Assembly: GCA_965242505.1 (NCBI GenBank)
Contig: OZ251449.1
Span: forward strand, 3,598,630 to 3,662,629
Origin: Alphaproteobacteria bacterium
GTDB taxonomy: Bacteria > Pseudomonadota > Alphaproteobacteria > UBA2966
Direction of reading: 5' to 3'
DNA: 64,000 nt
In this document: piece after piece, positions 57,571 through 64,000 of the stretch
Numbering within the stretch: the stretch's first letter is position 1
Layout of the letters: each line of letters opens with the position of its first letter
Notes under the pieces: generated by a model
Database searches by the model: none
Seen by the model: the letters and a program-made list of their open reading frames with translations, nothing else
Told to the model about the DNA's origin: nothing
Translations under genes and position numbers: made by a program

Positions 57571-57990
57571 ATGCGCGACGACGTTTACGGGGGTATCCAC
57601 GATGGCATGCGCCAGCAAGGCGTCATCCTTCAGGATCTCGCCAATGCCTGCCATTCCGACGAGGATCTGCTGCGCGCGCTCGAGGAGCGTCCGGAGGAAA
57701 TTCTGCGGGAGCGCGGGATCGACGTGCCGATGGATGAGGGCCTGGACGTGAAGGTCGTCCTCAACACCCGCGACACCTTCCACCTGGCCATGATTCCCGA
57801 CCCGAACCAGGAGCTCCAGGACGAGGCGCTGATGGCGGTCGCCGGCGGCAAGACCAATGGCTGTGCGAGCTCGGGGGGAACCGTCGGGAGCATTCCTTCC
57901 ACCGCGAGTTCGATCAGCTCCCTGGGCTGCGCCAGCAGCCAGTCGGGCTGCGCCAGCAGCGTGTCGGACGCGTCGAGGACGAGGCAGTAG
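57571..57990 (+). CDS. NHLP (nitrile-hydratase-leader) family RiPP precursor peptide A
   Basis: Leader ...VKVVLNTRDTFHLAMIPDPNQELQDEALMAVAGG followed by a 46-aa core rich in Ser/Thr/Gly/Cys (KTNGCASSGGTVGSIPSTASSISSLGCASSQSGCASS...); GGAGACGATC RBS. Confidence 0.75.
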   Translation: MRDDVYGGIHDGMRQQGVILQDLANACHSDEDLLRALEERPEEILRERGIDVPMDEGLDVKVVLNTRDTFHLAMIPDPNQELQDEALMAVAGGKTNGCASSGGTVGSIPSTASSISSLGCASSQSGCASSVSDASRTRQ

Positions 57991-58044
57991 CCCGCATTTC
58001 TCATGCCGGCAGGGATCGAGGGTTTCGCGGCGTTGCAGGGCCGC

Positions 58045-58175
58045 GGACCCCCCTCCCGACCTCCCCCCTGTCAGGGGGGAGGAGTATGAATGGCCTCTCC
58101 GCTCCCCTTTTTCTCCCTCTCCCTGGCAGGGGGAGGGTCGGGGTGGGGGTCGCGCCAGGAGGGAGGAGCGCGAAC
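58045..58175. repeat. REP-like palindromic element cluster
   Basis: Same family modules. Confidence 0.8.
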
Positions 58176-58220
58176 GGCCCCTGCGGCGCCTCCGTCGACG
58201 CGTCCGCCCCCTCGCTCGGG

Positions 58221-58240
58221 GGCGTGAAATTAGGGTTTAC
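58221..58240 (+). promoter_or_regulatory. conserved box GGCGTGAAATTAGGGTTTAC upstream of precursor B
   Basis: Identical to 57443..57462. Confidence 0.5.
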
Positions 58241-58450
58241 TCTCCCTCCCCCGCCATGGATTGATGCCGAAGACCCGGCGACGGAGAACAGGCAGGGTCA
58301 TATCAGTGCGTGATCGCCGCGCATCAGAGCCTGGCCGGGGGTGAGGGGCAGCCAGGCAACGGAGAACAACAAGACTGCATCGGTGGGGCGATATGGTACG
58401 CGCCCGACGTTTGGTGGAGCATCCACCCGAACTTCGCAAGGGAGACGATC

Positions 58451-58849
58451 ATGAGCGACTACGTTCACCAGGAAGGCCATCAGGAAGACGTCTACGGCGT
58501 CACTCTCCGGCGAGGCATCGTCCTTCAGGGCATCGCCGACGCCTGCCGTTCCGACGAGGATCGGCTGCGCGAGGTCGAGGAGCGTCCGAAGGACGTTCTG
58601 CGGGAGCACGGGATCGACATGCCGGTGGGCGTGGACGTGAAGGTCGTCCTCAACACCCGCGACACCTTCCACCTGGCCATGCCTCCCGACCCGAACCAGG
58701 TGCTCCAGGACGAGTCGCTGATGGCGGTCGCCGGCGGCGGCAAGACGATGGGCACGGTGGGCACGATGGCGACCACCTCGACCCTGCCTTCCTGCGTGGG
58801 CACGGCCGGAAGCGTGAGCAGCTTCGCGACCGCGAGGGACAGCCTTTAG
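58451..58849 (+). CDS. NHLP-family RiPP precursor peptide B
   Basis: Paralogous leader ending LMAVAGGGK; core TMGTVGTMATTSTLPSCVGTAGSVSSFATARDSL. Confidence 0.75.
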   Translation: MSDYVHQEGHQEDVYGVTLRRGIVLQGIADACRSDEDRLREVEERPKDVLREHGIDMPVGVDVKVVLNTRDTFHLAMPPDPNQVLQDESLMAVAGGGKTMGTVGTMATTSTLPSCVGTAGSVSSFATARDSL

Positions 58850-58934
58850 CCCGCATTTCTCATACCGCTTGTCCGCAAGCTCCATCCGGCGACGGAGGCG
58901 CCGCAGGGTCCGTTCGCGTTCCTTCCCCCTTGGA

Positions 58935-59050
58935 GCGGCCCCCACCCCGACCCTCCCCCTGCAAGGGAGAGGGAGGGGGACGGAGGGTGTGCGGATCCCC
59001 TTTTCACGCTCCTCCCCCCTGACAGGGGGGAGGTCGGGAGGGGGGTCCCG
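58935..59050. repeat. REP-like palindromic element cluster
   Basis: Same family modules. Confidence 0.8.
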
Positions 59051-59143
59051 GTCCCGCAACGCCGCGCGATCCTCGATCCCTGCCGGTATGGGAAATACGG
59101 GTCGGGATGCCGTTTCCGGCGCGAAGGCGACGGTCGTGACGGA

Positions 59144-59163
59144 GGCGTGAAATTAGGGTTTAC
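59144..59163 (+). promoter_or_regulatory. conserved box GGCGTGAAATTAGGGTTTAC upstream of precursor C
   Basis: Identical to 57443..57462. Confidence 0.5.
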
Positions 59164-59266
59164 TCCCCTCCATTATGGTGTGGATGATGCCGAAGACTTG
59201 GGGATGGGTTCCAGTATCTCGAACCGCTGGACGGAGCAGTCCCCGAACATCGCAGGGGAGACGATC

Positions 59267-59668
59267 ATGCGACACGACATCCACCAGGAAGACGCCCACG
59301 GCATCTTCCTTCAGCGCGCCCGTGTTTTCCAGAACCTCGCCGACGCCTGCCGCTCCGACGAGGATCGGCTGCGCGAGGTCGAGGAGCGTCCGAAGGAAAT
59401 TCTGCTGGAGCACGGACACGACGTTCCGGAGGACATGGACGTGAAGGTCGTCCTCAACACCCGTGACGTCTTCCACTTGGCCATGCCTCCCGATCCGAAC
59501 CAGGCGCTCCAGGACGAGGCGCTGATGGCGGTCGCCGGCGGCGGCAAGACCGCGAGCACCGCGGGCTCGGTCGGATGCGCCGGGACCGTTCCCTCGACCG
59601 CGAGCACGCTCAGCACCGCGGGCTCCGTCGGCAGCGTGGACTCGGGCGGCGCCTTGCCATGGGCGTAG
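59267..59668 (+). CDS. NHLP-family RiPP precursor peptide C
   Basis: Paralogous leader ending LMAVAGGGK; core TASTAGSVGCAGTVPSTASTLSTAGSVGSVDSGGALPWA. Confidence 0.75.
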   Translation: MRHDIHQEDAHGIFLQRARVFQNLADACRSDEDRLREVEERPKEILLEHGHDVPEDMDVKVVLNTRDVFHLAMPPDPNQALQDEALMAVAGGGKTASTAGSVGCAGTVPSTASTLSTAGSVGSVDSGGALPWA

Positions 59669-59693
59669 CGCGCCGTCCGTCGGCGCGCCGGCG

Positions 59694-61193
59694 GTGACGA
59701 CCGTCGTCCTCCCGTCCCGGCCGGGGCCTCCGTCCGCCGCGGCCGGGACGGGAGGGACGGCCGGCGACTCCCGTTCGGACGGTGAGTCGCGGCTCTATGC
59801 GCATGTGAAGCGCTTCCGTGAGCGCTGGCTGGCCGACGACCGCTTCCGCGCCGCCGTTCACGACGATCCTCGGGCCGCCGTCGCGCGCGCCGGGCTCGAT
59901 ATGGATCCTTCTCCGCTCGACTTCCTCTGGCGTTCCGGCGCGCCGATCGACCGCGCCGCGCCGTCCGTCAGCGCCTACCTGCGCGTCGAAAGCCGGGCGC
60001 GGGCCTATATCGACTTCGCCGCCGACGATGCGGGCGCGGCCGAGCCCTACCGGCTCTGGCGGGCGCGCCAGAAGGCGCGGGCCGCCTTCGCGGAAGGCTA
60101 CGTCGTGGCGCCGCTGTCCCTGCATCTGCCCTTCACCGTGGAGCTGACCCAGGGCTGCTCGCTCGGCTGCTGGTTTTGCGGGCTCTCCGCGCGGCCGCTG
60201 GAGGCGGTCCTGCGGACGGACGTCGACGCCTGGGAAGAGATGCTGCGGGCGCTGCGCGGAGTCTTCGGCGAGAGCGCCGCGCGGGGCTTCCTGTTCTGGG
60301 CGACGGACCCCCTCGACCATCCGGATTACGAGGCTCACGCGGACGCCTTCCGCCGCGTGCTCGGACGCTTCCCCACGACCACGACGGCGGCGGCGACCGC
60401 CGACTTCGACCGCGTCCGGCGCCTCATGGCCCTCTCGCGGTCCGCGGAGTATCCGTATCCGGTGCTGCGTTTCTCCGTGGTCTCGCTGCGCCGGCTGAAC
60501 GAGATCCATGCGGCGTTCTCGCCCGAGGAGCTCGCGGAGGTGGACTTCGTCATGCTCAACCGCGAGTCCATGCTCGCCCTCGCGGAGGCCGGTCACGTCC
60601 GCGACGTGGCCAGGCGCTGGCCCGAACGCGTCGAGCGCGAGCGGAGCAAGTTCCGCGAGAACAGGAGCGGCCCGTATGCCGATGACGACGAGATCTGGTC
60701 GCATCGCACCATCTGCTGCGTCTCCGGCTTCCTGATCGAGCCCATCGCCGGCCGGGTCCGTCTGATCTCCCCTGAACCCAGCTCCGACCGCTGGCCGGAC
60801 GGCAGCGTGGTCTTCGGCGAGGAGCGGTTCGCTCATGCCGGCGAGCTCGCGGGCGCGCTCGACCGGCTGATCGCCGGCCACATGGGGCCGGAGCCGCCGG
60901 AGCGTCTGGCGCTCCAGCGCGGAGTGACGGTCACGGCGCCGTTCCACGCCCAGGCGCGCGCCGAGGGCCGCGGCCATCGGGTCACCTTTACGGCGCGGCG
61001 CGACCTCGCCCACATGCCGGCCCTCGCCGAGGCCTTTCGCGGGGGCGCGCGGGTGGAGGACGCGGTCGGGCGCGTCGCCAGCCGCTTCGGGATCGAGCCC
61101 CGCCTCGCGCGCAACGACGCCGTCGACCTCTGGCGCCACGGGGCGCTGATCGAGACGATCTTCGATCTCGCCGACGCCGGGGAGCGCCCCTGA
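59694..61193 (+). CDS. radical-SAM-like protein (CxxxCxxC), candidate RiPP maturase of unusual architecture
   Basis: 499-aa ORF 26 nt after precursor C; ELTQGCSLGCWFCGLS at about residue 155; no obvious SPASM-type extra Cys clusters; GTG start. Confidence 0.5.
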   Translation: MTTVVLPSRPGPPSAAAGTGGTAGDSRSDGESRLYAHVKRFRERWLADDRFRAAVHDDPRAAVARAGLDMDPSPLDFLWRSGAPIDRAAPSVSAYLRVESRARAYIDFAADDAGAAEPYRLWRARQKARAAFAEGYVVAPLSLHLPFTVELTQGCSLGCWFCGLSARPLEAVLRTDVDAWEEMLRALRGVFGESAARGFLFWATDPLDHPDYEAHADAFRRVLGRFPTTTTAAATADFDRVRRLMALSRSAEYPYPVLRFSVVSLRRLNEIHAAFSPEELAEVDFVMLNRESMLALAEAGHVRDVARRWPERVERERSKFRENRSGPYADDDEIWSHRTICCVSGFLIEPIAGRVRLISPEPSSDRWPDGSVVFGEERFAHAGELAGALDRLIAGHMGPEPPERLALQRGVTVTAPFHAQARAEGRGHRVTFTARRDLAHMPALAEAFRGGARVEDAVGRVASRFGIEPRLARNDAVDLWRHGALIETIFDLADAGERP

Positions 61194-61215
61194 GGGGAAC
61201 GGCGCCGGCGCGGCC

Positions 61216-62064
61216 CTACGCCGCGCGCCGGTCGAAACGATCGAGGTAGCGCGGCGCGATCCGGTCCACGAACAGGAGAATGAAGACGTCCGTGGTCCCG
61301 AAGGCGTGATCGACCACGGCGCCGTCGCCGACGAAGGCGCCGAGGCGGAGGTACGCCTTGACGAGGGGCGGCAGTCCGCGGACGGCCTCGCGGAGGGTGT
61401 AGGAGCCGGGTGGAACCGTGTCCATCGGCGCGAACCGGTCGGGCCTGGCGCGCACGCGGCAGCGGACCGGCGCCAGGTAGGCGTCGTGGAGATGGCTCAG
61501 GGCGACCCGGTGCTCGTCCGGGCGCGTCCCGGGAAAGCTGGCGCAGCCGAACATGACCCCGATGCCGTGGATTCCCAGATACCGGGCTATGCCGCGCCAG
61601 AGGAGCCGGATCGTCGCGTTCGCGCGGTAGGCGGGATGCACGCAACTGCGTCCCAGTTCCAGAAGGCCCCCGCGTCGCGACGGCCCGTCGGTCAGCGGGG
61701 CCAGGTCGTACTCGGCCGCCGAATAGAAGCCGCCGCGGTCGGCCGCCGCGTCTTCCCGCAACAGTCGATAGGTCCCGACGACGGCCTCCGCGGCCGGCAG
61801 GCCGTGATCGACGACCAGCAGGTGATCGCAGACGTCGTCGAACGGATCCGCGTCCCGGCGGCTCGCCCGCGCGACCGCATCGGGCCGGGCGTCCATCTCT
61901 TCGTGGAACACGCGGAACCGCAGCGCCTGCGCGGCGGCGACCTCTTTTCGATCCTGGGCGAAGCGAACCTCCAGACGGCCTGACGCGGCGCAGGAGAACC
62001 CCTGGAACTCCCGGAACGCGAACTCCGGGAACGTTCCGTCAGGCGCTGTGAGAACGTCGGTCAC
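61216..62064 (-). CDS. GNAT-family N-acyltransferase (OlsB/hemolysin-like acyltransferase family)
   Basis: 282-aa ORF convergent with the rSAM gene; Acetyltransf_5-like sequence. Confidence 0.5.
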   Translation of the reverse strand: MTDVLTAPDGTFPEFAFREFQGFSCAASGRLEVRFAQDRKEVAAAQALRFRVFHEEMDARPDAVARASRRDADPFDDVCDHLLVVDHGLPAAEAVVGTYRLLREDAAADRGGFYSAAEYDLAPLTDGPSRRGGLLELGRSCVHPAYRANATIRLLWRGIARYLGIHGIGVMFGCASFPGTRPDEHRVALSHLHDAYLAPVRCRVRARPDRFAPMDTVPPGSYTLREAVRGLPPLVKAYLRLGAFVGDGAVVDHAFGTTDVFILLFVDRIAPRYLDRFDRRAA

Positions 62065-62179
62065 GCGGAGAGCGGAGCAGAGCCATGCGTCGTTCGCGTT
62101 ACGAACGGATGACGGTTACGTGAAACCGGAGCGCCGGTCGTGTCGACATTGTGCGAATTCGCTCGCGCGGAGTCACGAG

Positions 62180-62470
62180 GGGGAGGCGGAGGGAGCCGTC
62201 GACGCCCCTCTCCCTAGCCATCCACGCTCCTCCCCCCGGCGCGACCCCCACCCCGCCCCTCCCCCTGACCATCCACACTCCTCCCCCCTGGCAGGGGGGA
62301 GGTCGGGAGGGGGGTCCGGATGGACATGCCCCGCCGCCGGTGACCCCCACCCCGCCCCTCCCCCTGCCAGGGGGAGGGAGAAGAGGGGGACGGAGGGTGT
62401 GCGAAATGTGCGGATCGCCTTTTCACACTCCTCCCCCCTGGCAGGGGGGAGGTCGGGAGGGGGGTGGACC
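62180..62470. repeat. REP-like palindromic element cluster
   Basis: Several modules including the GTGTGCGAAATGTGCGGATCGCCTTTTCACACTCC submodule. Confidence 0.8.
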
Positions 62471-62614
62471 GCGGCCCGACGGTGTGCGGATTGTGCGGGT
62501 CGGGGTGTCGTAATCGGAAGGACCGGAGTCGCTCGCAACGCAGCATGGGGACGGTCCCCGACTATGTTGACCCCGCTTCGGGCGGTGAGGGCCCGGAGTC
62601 GTCCGTCTTCGTCG

Positions 62615-63565
62615 ATGAGGCGCGCCGCAGTGGCCCTGTTTTCGATGGACCCGGCCCGGGAATGCGAGGAGGAGCCGCGCGCGCCGGCGCCGGACGCGCT
62701 CGGCGCGTTGCTCGACGGCCACTCCGTCGAGGTGACGCCCGCGCAGGTTGCCGACGGCGGCGTCGACCGGTTCCTTGCGCGGGGAACGCGCGTCTTCGTT
62801 CCCTGGCTGCCGGGCGCTGCGGCGGATGCGACGGTCGCCGCCGCGGCCGGGTTGCGGGAGCAGGGCATGGTTCCGGTCCCCCACGTCGCGGCGCGGGCCA
62901 TGCCGGACGCCGTCTCGCTGGACAGGTTGTTGCGGCGCCTGAGATCGGAGGCGGCGGTCGACCGGGTTCTCGTCGTCGGCGGCGACGTCGCGTCGCCGGA
63001 GGGGCCTTTCGATTCCGCCCTGGGCGTTCTCGAAACGGATCTGTTGCCCGAACACGGCATCGCGCGCGTCGGTATCGGCGGATATCCCGAAGGCCATCCT
63101 CGCGTCTCCGACGGCGAGCTTCTGGACGCGCTGCTTCGGAAGCAGGACCGCGCGGCGCGGGCGGGGCTCGGCGCGTTCGTGGTGACCCAGTTCGCCTTCG
63201 ACGCCGCGCCCGTGATCGACTGGCTGCGCCGCGCGCGCGCGGCCGGCGTGCGCCTGCCCGTTCACGTGGGGGCGCCGGGGCCGGCCCGCGTCGGCGCCCT
63301 GATGCATTACGCGAAGATGTGCGGCGCCGGCCCGTCCATGAGGCTGTTGCTGCGCCACGGCAGGGGGTTGGCCGGCGCGTCGCGCGTCGCGAACGCCAGC
63401 CGCACGGTCCTCGACCTCGCGGCGCACGCCGCCGCGCATCCGGACGCCGGGCTCGGCCCCCTGCACGTCTATCCGTTCGGCGGGCTGAAGCGCGCCGCCG
63501 ACTGGACCGAGGGCCTCGGAGGCCGCGACTCCGTCCGGCCCGGATCCGCCCTCAGCGTCCGCTGA
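62615..63565 (+). CDS. methylenetetrahydrofolate reductase family protein (MetF-like)
   Basis: C-terminal about 300 aa of ORF 62048..63565 resemble an MTHFR TIM-barrel; start (62615 or 62645) uncertain. Confidence 0.45.
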   Translation: MRRAAVALFSMDPARECEEEPRAPAPDALGALLDGHSVEVTPAQVADGGVDRFLARGTRVFVPWLPGAAADATVAAAAGLREQGMVPVPHVAARAMPDAVSLDRLLRRLRSEAAVDRVLVVGGDVASPEGPFDSALGVLETDLLPEHGIARVGIGGYPEGHPRVSDGELLDALLRKQDRAARAGLGAFVVTQFAFDAAPVIDWLRRARAAGVRLPVHVGAPGPARVGALMHYAKMCGAGPSMRLLLRHGRGLAGASRVANASRTVLDLAAHAAAHPDAGLGPLHVYPFGGLKRAADWTEGLGGRDSVRPGSALSVR

Positions 63566-64000
63566 CCCGCGCCTGACGCGGCGTCAGGCCGTAGAACTGC
63601 CGGTAGCACTTGGCGAAGTGCGAGGCGGCGACGAACCCGCAGGCCATCGCCACGTCGACGACGGTCATGTCGGTTTGCAGCAGGAGCTTGCGCGCCCGGT
63701 CGAGGCGCAACTGCATGTAGTGGCGGTTGGGGGGCCGCCCCATGTGCCGCCGGAACAACCGTTCCAGCTGGCGGCGGGAAATACCGACGGCCGCCGCGAG
63801 CTCCACCTGGGAGAGCGGTTCCTCGAGGTGGGTTTCCATCAGGTGGATGGAGTCGATCAGCCTGCGGTTGTCGACGCCGAGGCGGACGGCCAGGGGCATG
63901 CGCTGGTGGTCGTGTCCTCCGCGAACGCGGTCGAGGATGCATTCCTCGGAGACGCGGTTCGCCAACTCCTCGCCGTGCTCCGCGCGGATGAGATGGAGCA
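63552..64000 (-). CDS. AraC-family transcriptional regulator (C-terminal HTH part; N-terminus beyond window end)
   Basis: Dual HTH_AraC blocks (LSQVELAAAVGISRRQLERLFR ... ASHFAKCYRQFYGLTP); frame open to position 64000. Confidence 0.6.
   Translation of the reverse strand, partial: LHLIRAEHGEELANRVSEECILDRVRGGHDHQRMPLAVRLGVDNRRLIDSIHLMETHLEEPLSQVELAAAVGISRRQLERLFRRHMGRPPNRHYMQLRLDRARKLLLQTDMTVVDVAMACGFVAASHFAKCYRQFYGLTPRQARVSGR

Overview
This window is a high-GC (about 68-70%) proteobacterial chromosomal segment, probably alphaproteobacterial, and no rRNA or tRNA genes were seen. Housekeeping and catabolic genes are interleaved with several horizontally acquired, lower-GC islands. Both are punctuated throughout by one family of GC-rich palindromic REP-like repeats with cores CCCCCCTCCCGACCTCCCCCCTGTCAGGGGGGAGG and CCCTCCCCCTTGCAGGGGGAGGGTCGGGGTGGGGGTCGCGCC. 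Because the GC content is so high, many long ORFs in the six-frame track are spurious, and the real genes were picked by recognisable protein families, RBS and start context, and gene-to-gene coupling.

Recognisable core content, start to end:
- an aromatic ring-cleavage cluster: Rieske oxygenase alpha (5' end outside the window), PcaH-like, PcaB-like lyase, LigI-like amidohydrolase and SMP-30 lactonase
- a cI/LexA-like repressor divergent from a gene for a small C-terminal-HTH protein
- IlvD/Edd dehydratase, luciferase-like (LLM) oxidoreductases, and GMC, ADH and SDR oxidoreductases
- rph-rdgB-hemW
- an E. coli-like lpoA / rsmI-yraN-BON(dolP-like) block, followed by a sirB1-like gene and gshB
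- comM, ampG, a DegP-like protease, a GldA/F/G-type ABC system with a DUF4340 gene, speD-speE, a GNAT N-acyltransferase, a MetF-like gene and an AraC-family gene

Accessory, defence and mobile content:
1. Two tandemly duplicated genes for beta-class DNA methyltransferase-HNH nuclease fusion proteins with divergent central (TRD-like) segments, each preceded by a conserved 86-aa ORF.
2. An MmeI-family (type IIL) restriction-modification gene immediately followed by a strongly AT-rich (about 38% GC) 556-aa ORFan.
3. A lone phage terminase-large-subunit-like gene behind an AT-rich promoter.
4. A type II R-M cassette inserted at the 3' end of lpoA and bounded by a 47-bp direct duplication.
5. An IS1595-family transposase translationally coupled to an M-R-(small ORF)-M module in a roughly 4.5-kb lower-GC island.
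6. An IS481-family element with a frameshifted transposase.
7. Most strikingly, a candidate RiPP locus at about 57.4-61.2 kb. It has three paralogous NHLP (nitrile-hydratase-leader) precursor genes, each ending in a ...LMAVAGG(G)K double-glycine motif followed by a Ser/Thr/Gly/Cys-rich core. Each sits behind a conserved upstream box, and one box carries a C16 homopolymer. They are followed by a gene for an atypical radical-SAM (CxxxCxxC) protein and a divergent OlsB-like acyltransferase gene.

Other oddities are a (TTTC)7 microsatellite in a promoter region and a hypothetical gene interrupted by a single in-frame TGA followed by a GGUCUG-loop hairpin.
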